Part shown: in pieces, positions 27,215-38,852 of the stretch | How the letters are laid out: each line of letters opens with the position of its first letter | Numbering within the stretch: the stretch's first letter is position 1 | Assembly: GCA_002633005.1 (NCBI GenBank) | Contig: NMRA01000033.1 | Coordinates: 746,233 to 810,232 of the forward strand | Direction: 5' to 3' | Length of the DNA: 64,000 nucleotides | Source: Phoronis australis | Taxonomy: Eukaryota; Animalia; Phoronida | Made by a program: the position numbers and the translations under genes | The notes under the pieces: generated by a model | Seen by the model: the letters and a program-made list of their open reading frames with translations, nothing else | Told to the model about the DNA's origin: nothing | Database searches by the model: none

Positions 27215-27510
27215 GTTACCCTGTATTAGTATCTTTTTTGTTAAAAAATTGATTATGACAGCAACATTTTATTGATTTACTACTTTTGGTGGTTAATGAT
27301 CTGTGTCATTCATTATTAGTATATGGATTTGTTACAATGTAGTTGAGTGGATGCTACAAGCGGTTACCCTGCATTAGTATCTTTTTTGCTAAAAATTGAT
27401 TATGACAGCAACATTTTATTGATTTACTACTTTTGGTGGTTAATGATCAGTGTCAATCATTATTAGTATATGGATTTGTTACACTGTAGTTGAGTGGATG
27501 CTACAAGCGT
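27215..27510. repeat. Tandem duplication, ~148-bp unit x2
   Basis: GTTACCCTG...CTACAAGCG repeated with few mismatches. Confidence 0.9.
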
Positions 27511-27975
27511 GTGTTACCGCACTGCTGTACTTCAGTGAATCACAGACAGTGTCTGGAAGTTGCACATCTAAGCTTCAAACATGGCACCATCCCAGCAAAA
27601 CTGCCACTGAGGCAAGTCGGCCTGTCTTTATGACCAATATAATCATCCAGATGGTCAATGCAGAGAATTTAAAGGAAACATCAGAGGTGTGAAAAATGGT
27701 GTTCAACATTCTTACAAGAGAGGCTAATCCAGAGCTGGATTAAGGTTTCTTGAGGGGCCCTGTACTATGAATTGTCTGCAGCCAAGGTCGTCACAAATGT
27801 CCACCCCCTGCCACAGCTTTCGAGCACCCCAGGTCACCATCATTTTCACCTTATGGATCACCTGACACTGGGCAGATCCAATTTAAAGGTACAGCTCCAA
27901 GATTCAAACACAACTCATGATTTAGGAAGTAATATTCGAGAAAGGCCAATCTCTCTAGGTCATGAAAACAATAGA

Positions 27976-28630
27976 TGTTGAAACTTGTTTTTTAGTTCAG
28001 AATCTAATTTAGTTTAAAATGAGTCTGATTGATGCTGCCACCTTTTGGCAATATTGCTGTACGATACCGCCACCTGTTGGCGACCTTGATTATTAGATCA
28101 GAATACATTTTGTCATGAAGCTGAATGGACGTCTTTTATTCCTGTCTTGTTTAGTATTCTCGTCTCTAGTTTCAATATTCGCGGTCACTTCTTCAGTCGT
28201 AAACATTGGTGCCGAAACCCGGGATTGAACCAGGGGCCTTCAGAGTGGAAATACATAGTACCCAGGTCCCCTTGGTGGGGGGTTGGTGGGAGCGTTTAGT
28301 TAGAAGTGTTAAGTCAGCACTAAGGAAATCTATCGGTATGCGTTGTCTTACGGTTAAAGAACTGGAGATTGAGGCTTGTATAAACTCATGTCCCTTGACC
28401 TTTGTAGGAGATGATATTGATTGTACGCAACCTTTAACTCCATCTCGGTTTCTGATGGGCAGAAATCCTAGTTTTCGGACTAAAATCATTGATGATGAAC
28501 AGGTTATTTCGTCTAAAGATATGACAGAGAAATTTTGTGTCATCAGAAATTGAATTCCTTCTGGAACATATGGAGTAAGAATTACACTTGTAATTGACCA
28601 CCCACAAACAATTCCTGGACGAAGTCATGT
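27976..28630 (+). mobile_element. BEL/Pao LTR retrotransposon relic: putative LTR (~27976-28205), tRNA-Phe PBS, integrase fragment
   Basis: ...AAACA then TGGTGCCGAAACCCGGGA PBS at 28207; frameshifted WKYIVPRSPWWGGWWERLVRSVKSALRK...EIEACINSCPLT...PLTPSRFLMG, then FWNIWSKNY, characteristic of BEL/Pao integrase and its C-terminal domain. LTR start uncertain. Confidence 0.8.
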
Positions 28631-28769
28631 AAAAGGCTTTAGTCCTATTTTGAAGTGCATCATCCCAGAAATGAAATCAAGATCAATACAGAATAAAGTG
28701 CAAAGTCACTATGGTCGAGTCATGGACATAATGGGTGTACCACAGTGAATGAGGCTGTATTGCTGATGG

Positions 28770-28975
28770 ACAATTATGAGAGTAGGGCAAAGGCTGCGAA
28801 CGTCAAAGAACATTTGGAAATGATTGACAAGTCTGACACCATCACAGTACATATTGGTACAAACGACATCAGTCTGTAGTGACTGAGTGCTGGGCATAAG
28901 TTCTCCGAGACCCATGTTTCTAGTATTGTGCCGAGGGGTGATGGTCTAAATGACATAAATACTGCCGATACGTGG
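28770..28975 (+). mobile_element. SGNH/GDSL esterase-like fragment, probably LINE (CR1/L2-type) ORF1 relic
   Basis: KSDTITVHIGTNDI (GxND block) and VSSIVPRGD, broken by stops/frameshifts. Confidence 0.5.
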
Positions 28976-29257
28976 CTCAAACATGGGGCTGTGGATCTAG
29001 GGGGTCATGGGTCGAAGGGGTTTTAGAGCAATCCTTTTAAGGGTCGAAAAATCGCTATTTTTGCGTTAAAAGTTGTGGCACTTAAGCTTAAGATATTGCA
29101 AAAAAGAAGAAACTACTGAGAACTTAAAAAAAATGATTGCAATTATATTCAACAACTTCTTCATGATGTAGACAAAGTTGAATGTCAAATTGATGTGTAC
29201 AAGGAAGAAAGAAGGTGTTATATTCTTGAGTTAAAGACATGTGTGAACAAAACGTGA

Positions 29258-30176
29258 GTGCTGCAAAAGTGTCAAGAGTTGTTCAGTCAGTCTTTCTGCA
29301 ATGTCAAACCAAATCAACTACCATCGCGTAGACGTTCTGAACATGAAATTGAATGTCTCTATTTGGTACATCACCTGAAAGATGTGTTTTTCGCAGAGGA
29401 AAATACAACATTACTCACTGATGAGACTTTGAAAATTGGAAAGAAGTTTATGGGATATGAAGGTGCTGACAGTCAGAAAAGATTGTGGGTTTCGGGAATG
29501 ACAGACATTGAGACAAAATCAGCTAACGATATACTGAAAGTTTTCAAAGAGATTCTGTCAGATTTAGACGAAGCATCAGAAAGTCAAGTGCCAAGGAATA
29601 TAACAGCGCACACAATAGCTACCATGTCAGATACAGCAGCGACTGAACTTACGTTTTATGAAATGCTTCTAGTGAATCAAAAACATTCCCTGCCACTAGT
29701 GTACACACACTCTGAAAACTTCAGTGATGACGAAAAAAGAACTTGGGAAAAGCTGGCGAATTTCTTAAGTGGCCTCCACACCATTGTGAACCTTGCCGCA
29801 GTAGCTCAGTCAGGTATAAAAGAGGTTGAGGAATGTTTGTTTCCGGATGGCCCACCAAGCTTGGACAAAGGTTTTGCAAAAGGCACTGACCCCGGAACCT
29901 GTAAGTTAGTCAGAACTGCTACCGGTTGTGATGAAAAGTCAGGATGTCAAGATCCATTTAAAGTGTATGCAGGAGACAACATGGCCTGCACAGCTCACCA
30001 CTGAATCCCTATCGTGGGTCTAGGTTTAACGTGTTGTTTGAAAATGCTGCTGCTCTGTACTTCTTGATCGGATTAATCACAAGTTTCCTAGAGTCGTTTG
30101 GCACAACAAATGGTTCTTCACGACGTGAAAGTCCAAGGTTAAGCAGCTGGTGCGAAAGCTCTGAGGTTTAGTCAGT
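29258..30176 (+). pseudogene. Decayed DDE transposase, N-terminal part (CxxH-type; hAT/P/MULE-like group, family uncertain)
   Basis: LLTDETLK, TMSDTAATE, NFLSGLH (CxxH position), then frameshifted PYRGSRFNVLFENAA and KAL*GLVS; interrupted at ~30177. Confidence 0.6.
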
Positions 30177-30581
30177 GGGCCAGATCTCCCAGCGTTCATC
30201 CTTGTGGGTACTTTTGGGGGGCAACCTAGCTTTTTCTATGTGGCTAGATAATATACCTATAAATCAAACTCCAAAAAGTTCCCACGTCTACACTTGCATA
30301 TTTTTTTTTAAAAAGTGTTTTTGTTGCACAAAATATTATGCACATTCCTGCTACTTGGTGGCGCTTTTCTATTGAATTGACAAATCAGAGAGCCCGATTG
30401 TATTGTTGTGCTTAGTTACTTCAACATGGCAGCTCCCAGGGAGTGTGATGCCTGTATAATTCAAGGTTTATCAAACAGCACAAAATTGTGATGCCAGAAG
30501 CTTAGAGAAGCATCCTGACGAAAGCTGATGGCCTGTGGAACTCTGTAGATCAGTAGATCAAAAAGAAGAAGAGGTGTCACA

Positions 30582-32697
30582 TATGGTGGGTACTAGTACG
30601 GAATTCTCCGATGCTGACCGAGTGGCCTCGGTTGTGGTCTATTGATAGGTTGAGCGCCATTCCGGGTCTACCTTTGATTGTTGTCGGACATTTCAGGCCG
30701 ATGCTGTAGTAATAGGTCAGGTAGGCATACTACAGATTGGTGTCAGGAGTGAAAGCAGTAGAGGATAGGTTTACAGTTGAGAGTTATGCTTTTGGAGTAT
30801 TAAAAGACTGGGATTTGTATTCGGATACTGTTTTTCTGTGTTATCAGAAATTGTTCAGTTAAAATAACAATTATTTGGCGGGAAAGTGGGCGTGGTTTGA
30901 ATTTTGAGTAAGGTAACTGGTACTCGGATATTCAAGTGTAAGTGTTCTTTTTTTCTTTTCTCTCTGCAATGGCCGAAGAACAAGAGGATATTGCTTGTAT
31001 TATAAATACTTTGAGAGGTTTATCGGTTGCGGCGTTAGAGAGTGCGGATGTTTTGGATAGTGAGGTTAGCAAGAAGACGAGGATCTTCAATGGAATAGAC
31101 GTGGGGGTACAGGTAAGCGGAGTGATAGTAGACAAGGACAGAGGGATAGCCGTAGAGGTAAGATGTTGGGAGTGAGAAGTATGTCATATAATGGTAAGTC
31201 TAGTTGATCGGCGTTCCATATGAAATTTAATAAGTATGCTGGGCAGGGATGGTCGGATAGAGTTTGCCTAGATAACTTGATTGTTTGTTTGGAATGTGCA
31301 ACGAGAGAGTTTTTGACGATGTATTTGGAAAGGAATGGGGGAAAGTACTTATTTTGAGGCTTGCACTAAATTAGAGAAAAGATTTAACTTGCTGGGGTCA
31401 CCGGAGATAGTTCAGTTAGAGTTTATGGGGCTAGTACAGAGTAAGGAGGAGTCTGTTCATGAATGGGGCGATAGGATGTGGAGTAAGGCAAGTAAGGCGT
31501 TTAAGGGGGTTCCTGAGGAATACATGATGAGGCAGGCGGTTTTGAGGTTGTGTTATGGATCATGGGATAAGGAGGCGGGGTTGAACGTTGTTATGATGCA
31601 GCCGAGCTCGTTAGAGGACACAGTTTTGAAGTTACAGATGCAAACGCAAGTAAAAAGAGCAATCTTTGTTAATGGGCCTCGTTCCGGTGAGTGATTCATC
31701 AGAAGTTCAGAAGGTTCAAAAAGAGGGCCAATGGGGTGATAGTGATGAGGTTATGGAAAGGATTTTGAGGCAGTTGGAGGAATTGAAGCAAAAGATAAAT
31801 TATTCTACTAGATCTAGAACTAGTGAGAGTTGTTGTTCATATGGGCAGTTGGGGCATTTCAGTCGGGAGTGTAGTCAGAATCGTGTGAAAGGAGGTTCAA
31901 GGGATGCGCGGTGCCAGATATGTAGTAGAGTGGGTCATAAGGCTGATGAATGCTGGTCGAAATCGGTAAGCAAGTCTAGAAATGTAAGAGAAGGAGGTTC
32001 GAGTCTAAGGTGTTTTGTGTGTGGGGTGTTTGGCCATGTGGCGAGGAAGTGTCAGAGGGTGAAGAGTGATAAATGCATCCGAGATTTTGGAGAATTGGGG
32101 GATGCGGATTTTAGGGAGGTTGTGAGGCTTTGTAGAGAGTTAGGACGGGGAGTTCCGAGGGGTAGGTGTTTGAAGGAATCGCAGGTGGTTTTGTTGAGGA
32201 AAGGGGTTGAGGGATTAATGAGGTTTTTTGTGGGACAGTTATGGGATTTGCTGAGGGATAGACCATTTTATAGACCTCACGGCGAGGCATAGATTCGTGG
32301 ATCGGGTGGGGAGGAGAGTAGTGGTGTTTGTGGTGGAGGCAGTGGGATGATGGATGGGGGGTTACAGTCTGGGAAGGAGGAAGGTAGTGTGATGAGGTAG
32401 TATGTTTTCTGTATATATGTTGATTTGGATTATAGTATGAGATTTATTATTTTGATATGACATTTATTATTTTGTAATGAGGTATAATGTTTTGTTTTGG
32501 TGTGTATATTTTGCGTTGGGGGTTTTCTATATGACGGGGAGGTGTGTGGTGGGTACTAGTACGGAATTCTCCGATGCTGACCGAGTGGCCTCGGTTGTGG
32601 TCTATTGATACGTTGAGCGGCATTCCGGGTCTACCTTTGATTGTGGTCGGACGTTTCAAGCCGGTGCTGTTGTAATAGCTCAGGTAGGCATACTACA
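30582..32697 (+). mobile_element. Gag-only LTR retroelement (Gypsy-like), 2116 bp
   Basis: 153-bp LTRs 30582-30734 and 32545-32697 (9 mismatches by eye), CACA TSD, PBS TGGTGTCAGGAGTG at 30738 (tRNA-Leu-like), purine-rich tract before the 3' LTR; no pol. Confidence 0.85.
30969..32292 (+). pseudogene. gag: Frameshifted gag with three CCHC zinc knuckles
   Basis: MHR-like LVQSKEESVHEWGDR; knuckles CCSYGQLGHFSREC (degenerate), CQICSRVGHKADEC, CFVCGVFGHVARKC. Confidence 0.75.
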
Positions 32698-35363
32698 CAC
32701 AAACGTTTATGCCGAAAACAGCTGCATGTCCTGGTACAGCCTATACACACTATACTGCTGTAGAAGACCAATTGTCAGGCCAAAATTGAAAGGACATAGA
32801 AAGGCATAGCAACGTTTCAAGACACCAGCAGTAGTACTAAAGCTGAAGCTGCTGAAAGCGATACCGATGTTACCCAAAATTTCCCAAGAAAATCAATTAG
32901 ACTTCCAAAATCTGAAACACCCAATTAACCTGAACAAGATAGGAGCATTCTGAAACATGAGTGCATCATTTGTTAGTAGGAAAAGTATATTATGGACCCT
33001 ATTTCATGAAAGAGAAAGAAGTAACAACTTTATAGTTTTGAAAAACAGGTACGTGTTTTTGAAAGGTATATCTTGGTGTTTTCCAAGTGTGTTTCAGTAT
33101 TATCACCAGTTGTTTTTTTAACTTGTTCAGCCCCTTGGCTGTCTAGGCCTTAGACAATACCGCTGACCCAGTAGAGACGGTGATCATACCATAGGTACTC
33201 CATATGCCGGATGCTTTTCGGCAAATTATGCATCATACTGGTTAAACCATAAGTCATGTTCCCATAAGTTTATAAGCACCGAGTAGAGAGATGCCTCTGA
33301 GGAGGCCGTTAATGTATTCATTTGTTCCCAGTTTAAACAAATACTCCTGCAATCCTGTTTTTCGAACTCCCTAGTTCAGTTGCCACATCGACACTGCTTG
33401 CGCCAAAGGAAAACAACCTGACGTGGCGTTATACTGCGGGTGTGGTTTTAAGCACTTTAAGTCAAAATTTTTTTGAGAAGGTTAAATGGAGTAGATGGTT
33501 GCAACCAACATGCCCAAGTGGCATTTATCCCGTGCCGTAATCCTGGGATAGGGGGAAGCTCTTCTCAATTTTTGTAAACATTAATTACTTAGGTAGCTGC
33601 AATGGTAATTAATTAAAGTGCCTAAGTGGCCTAATTTGAGGACGGTGGAAGCCACTGTCCATTTCGTCAAACGTTGATTACCTTAAGTGTAAAATCTGAT
33701 TTAAAAAATAAATTAAATTTCAACCACTGCACTGGTATATCAGATGATATATTTTCATTTGCATCAACTAATCTAATTACTAGATGATCAACATTTTGTT
33801 AGGCTGGTGGTGGATCAGTTCCTGATGAGTCAGTCTGAAATATTTGCATGCCAACTCACTCATAGTTAAATGATAAATTAGTGTTAACAGTTTGGGTTTT
33901 TTTTTAGTTGGACTCCTATCGCAAGCAACAGCTCAGTCCAGGGCCCTGAATATGCAAATGAAATTCAAAGATAAAGACCTTGTGTCTTAGAAGCCAAGTA
34001 CCACAGCTCATCATGCTATAAAAATAGAAAGACAAAGATTGTGAAAAGTGACAAATCCATAGTTTTCAGAGATGTTTTTCTACAGTTTTGTTTGGAGTTC
34101 ATTGAATCAAAGCTTCTAACACACTGAGATGTCCGTTGTCTTTCAAAACTAAAGCAAGACTTTCAGAAAGCTGGTCTGCATGAAGTTATTTGGACGACTG
34201 CTGAAGCTACTCACTGTTGTAGTTTGTGCCAGACTAAGTGATACAAAAGTGAATCGAGGCTAGCGTTCAATAATTCACTTGCTAACTCTAATTACCACAG
34301 CCCGTTATAACATATTTTGAATCAAACGTTTGCCCAAATCCTACCCGCCTCCAAACAAGGACTTAGTGTTTGACCGTTCATTGCATGCGGGCCAATCACC
34401 AGCGTGCAGTGCTGTACCCTCTCTAATCGACCATAGTTGGCTCCTTGGCGGTGGAGCTTTGCAGTTAAAATGTATGGCAATGCCCGCAGCTCCAATGACA
34501 GCACTAAACGATGAATGCTGCAAGTGCAAAAAGAAAATGTGAGCTGGGAAACTGAGTTTGTGCTGCAATGTTGGGTCAAATTGTACAGAAATGTGCAGTT
34601 GTGACAACTGTAGTAACATCAGCAGCTACACGACTGAATAACATTGGATAGTTCTTTGACAAGTCAACCCTAAATGGACCTCCAACCCGGTTATTTCGTT
34701 TTTTGTACTAAAAAGTGAATTTTATTTGATGTCTAAGTCATAGAAAGTACACACTTTTTTCATTGTCATGTATTTGTCTCATACTGCTTGATAAACGCTG
34801 TCAGAATAATCTATTGTTTTCATACAGTCTATGTGCACATTCACAGAGATCATTCAACTATATTGTTTTTGCACTATAACCTATTTCTGGTGTATTATGC
34901 AAACAAGCTGTATTTTACACCATTAGTCAATGTTTTAGTCATTGAGGCACAAATTTTGCCCAGTCTCAAGTGTTCTGTGTTATTTTTGTTGCCAGACAAT
35001 GCCAGCATAACCTAGTAACATTCAAACTTAGTTTGCACTTCTGTCACTAGGTGTCGCTTTACATTTTTTAAATTTCACTGTTTAGCAAAACATATAATGT
35101 CAGTGTATTATTGTTCAATACAATGACATCGATGGGACCATATTACTTGTTTTACAAAAAAGATAGCAAAAACTGTTGCTTTTACAAAATTCTCTAAGCT
35201 CTATGGTGGTTATTATGCAACTTCAAACTCAAATTTCTAAAAATGTGCAACTTAAATGTGGGAACTTTTTAGATTTTGAAAACACTCCAGTAAATTAATT
35301 AAAAAACACCAAAATAAAATTGTCCCCCTAAAGTACTCACAAAAAACATTTTCTAGAAGCCCT

Positions 35364-36420
35364 ACAAATTCTTGTCCACCATGTAGTTGATAAGTAAATT
35401 AGTAAGGTATCCATTGTGACATGTTTTGGAAGATAAGGCTGTCACTATCCACACCAATGACTATTATCTTCAGCTCATTATATTTTTTGAAGAGGCTACC
35501 CTGAACATCAATGATTTCGTCAATAGCAATCTGCTACCATTTGGTGATGACACCTACAGGTATGTTGTCAAGGATGCTTTATACGATTCTCTTATAAAGT
35601 CTGCAGTATTAGATGACATGGTGGAAACTTTTCTTCAAGTGATTCTACCTCCTATGGGCAAAGCCACTAAGAAGCTGTTCAAAGAACATCTCCCTGGTAC
35701 GATTGTCTGAGATCTGCCTACACCATCGAGGTTCGCCGGTCCAAAAACCATATCATTTACCCAAAATGGTTTCGGTCAGCTTGACCAGCAACTCGGATGT
35801 AAACCAAACACCTCAACACTTGCAGCAGAAGCGCTCTTATGTTTGCTGGAAATAAAACCCTTGATCGGCAGCCAAATAAAGACACTGAGGCACAGAATGA
35901 ACGGAAAGAACAGCCCAAAGGAAGTCTTTCCACAAGAAATTCAAACACTGACAACAAGAGATTGCTGTAAAGAGACACAGAGCGATAGAAGTATCAATTA
36001 TGAAGAAAGAGGATGCTGAGAGAGCAAAATCTGAATGGCATGAACAACACACACAAGAAATTCTGTATCATGATCTTTGTCAATCTGAAACAGAAATTGA
36101 AAATATGGTGGCTTCCTATGAAACACAGTCAAGCAAAGCAGAAGCTTTGAAATCTCAACTTAAATTTCGAAAAGAAGTACTCAAACAAAAACCAGTTGAC
36201 CCTGCAATCTTCAGTTATACCAAACTGAAGTCTGGCTCAAAATGTCGTGTGAAATTTGAGTGTTAGTGAGCTCAAGGAGAACTTGGAAACTCTTGCCAAG
36301 GATGCTATAGTGAATGATGCTTCGGATGAGGAAACCCATATTCTGGGTGGGAAAAGAGTCAAACACAAGTTTGTCACAACTTCAAAAGTTACGTGGTACA
36401 CAAGAAATGTTATTTCTCAG
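35364..36420 (+). pseudogene. Decayed DDE transposase, C-terminal part (continuation of 29258-30176)
   Basis: Joining the flanks restores ...GLVS/KFLST; then FKEHLPG, FGQLDQ...KPNTSTLAAEA, ALKSQLKFRKEVL, GKRVKHKF...WY; many frameshifts. Confidence 0.55.
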
Positions 36421-38099
36421 GTATTAAAGTTTCACTTAGGATATCTAACACCTACAATATTCTTTTATGGTAGTCCTGTTTTGGGTCCGGCTGTCATGTT
36501 GTTGAACATGAAATCATGATTTGGAGAATAGCTTGAGGGAGTAGAGAGTTGACAAACTCTAGACTGTTTTATCAAGTAAAGATTGACGAAATTCTGACAA
36601 TGAAACCAGAGAGACGTACACGTTGTTTCCTGCGGTGCTAGGACATGCACCTAGTCAGATATTTAAACTAAAATATCTACTTGTAAGTTGATAGGAAACA
36701 GCTCTTTGTTTTGGTGTTCCATGCAAATTTGCAAAATAGTTTTAAAGTCTTTGTATCAGTCATGGACTTGATTATTTCTTTGCGGTAGTAAGTATTTGTA
36801 ACCATAACTAAATGGATTTAGTATCAACGTTTTGTTTCGATCGCTTATCTGTCCAGAAAACTTAACAAGTTTTGCATTTCAGATGTTACTGTGTCCCAAT
36901 AGTCTATCCAATATTTTTCAGAAAAGAATAATGGTTTTCAATGCCAAGTCTGTTTCATAACTTAATTACGACCAGAAGCAAATTGTTTTGGGGAAATAAA
37001 GAGAAAAATCATTTTGTTGCACTTGACTGAACTGCACATGACTGAACATAGTGTCCAGATGAGGCATCTGAAACACCGAATTGCACATATCTTACTTATC
37101 CCCCTGCCATAACAATACATATAATGGTATTTTTTCTCAAAACTAAAAAGTAAACAAACCGAAGCTAAATAAAAAAGTAACTTTTTAGCTTAAAATTTAT
37201 CATTTTAAGTTTTGGCTTCAATTCCCACTTCTGGTGCCAGTACTGGAGAACAAGTCAAAAATGCCATTATGGCTTGTTTTTACCTCAACGTGGAGAAAGG
37301 CCATAGGATGCTAGGGGAGGAAATTGTTGGCAGCAGAAGGGCCAAAATTTGACGAAATTATTTTTTTCTGTTCAAATGGTACTTTTCATTGACCCTGATC
37401 GTTCAATGGAATAAGAATCTCTGGCGAAAGTCCATGAAAGCTAATCCAGAATTAAGGTCCGCTTTTGTGAACATTTTCCTTCTACTTGCCTCAGAAATTT
37501 TATTATACTTTTTGTGGACAGAATATCAACATCCTTCACACACTCCTTCAGTTGAAACAGTTTGAAAGGCTAAATAATTCACTTATTTTAATGTTTTAAT
37601 ATCAAAATGGTTTTGCTTAAAAACCAAAAATATCATGTCTTCTGCAACTTACTGCAGAATAGCAAGATTGACTGAATAGTGAATTCCCACTGAACTCTTC
37701 ATTATAAGAAAAAATACTAATGATAATTGTAGGTGAATTTGTCTCGTTTAAAGACTGTTCTCAACTAAATTGTTATGTGAGAAACAAATCTGGCAATAAT
37801 TTCCAACACTACTGAGGTTTTTGTGTTGTTTCTAGAATCGCTCTCAGACAGGCTTGATCTTATTCAGTAGTTGCAGTTTGCAAGGCCATTGCATGTTAGG
37901 CCGAATTGTTCACTGAGACGCACAAAAAGAATCCTGCATGGACAGAAATCAACCTCGATCACCTTGGTAACATTGTTGTAAGCAAGGAAGCCGCCCAAGG
38001 AGCTTCCATGGCAATTTACATTTTGTCATTTTTCACCAAATTCATTGGAAAATTACACAGAAATGTGCAACTGTAAACTTGGAACCTTTTTATATTTGA

Positions 38100-38852
38100 A
38101 AAGTACACCAATGAATGAGGTAAAAAAGTCAAAATAAATTGCCAGGTGAGTGTACTCACGAAACCTTTTTTAAAGCTCCTACAGCTCAGGGTCCACAGAC
38201 TATAACTCAGATCAACAAGTATTCACTAGAATCTTTGGTAATTCTGGATCCCATTGTGCATGTACAAAACGTCATTGTCGTTAATGTCATTCACTTTTTT
38301 TCTTGTGAGTAGCTGCTACACATTCTTCGTTCTTAATTGCTGACACCTTGGTTTCAGCAAGTTGGTTTTCCAGATGACGTATATGCTGCGACATGTTGGA
38401 AACAGTCTCAAGAAGCTGGTGAATGAACGGTGAGCACTTCTCACATGCTTCAAAAGACTGCTGGTTGTAAGAATGCTCAATGAATAAATCAGCTTGTGAA
38501 GTCGAATGGTCAGGCACTTCATTTCCACGTTTCACAAATCCATCATGGTCTAAATTTTCATCGGCCACATTTTTTCGTTTCCTCGTCTTGTGGGGCTTCA
38601 CTTCTAGTTTCTTACGATACTTTCCTTTCTTTGGAAGCTCGCCATTGGCGTACCCTTTCATGTAAAGAATTGGGTGCGGTGATTTTGGGAATGGTTTGCC
38701 AAGTTTGAAGTGATTGCTGCACACTTTTGTGTTCTTATTGACACCTGCCCATCCTGCATCTTTCCGATTGATTAGTTTTGTCCATATTGCATAATTATTT
38801 TCCTGACACCCATGGAATGACAAGTCTCCAACATGTGGCATGACAATCCATC
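38100..38852 (-). mobile_element. THAP-domain ORF relic, probably PIF/Harbinger-ISL2EU-type transposon
   Basis: WTKLINRK...TKVCSNHF...PHP THAP signature, then a coiled coil (IRHLENQLAE); frame decays downstream. Confidence 0.55.

Larger units (their letters stand above)
30177..35363 (+). mobile_element. Decayed Academ-like (Cys8-finger type) DNA transposon with imperfect TIRs
   Basis: Inverted blocks TTGTG(G/A)GTACTTT(T/A)GGGGG(G/A)CAA and AAAAAGTTCCCAC at both ends; right end reads TAGGGC; relic H..RA.HQ...W...P.AP...CKCKK...C...CTEMCSCDNCSN at ~34375-34620. No clean TSD. Confidence 0.55.

Noticed and set aside
28207-28244. tRNA-Phe gene on the minus strand
   Set aside because: Only the 3' half is present, it includes CCA, and it directly follows an LTR end, so it is a primer-binding site.
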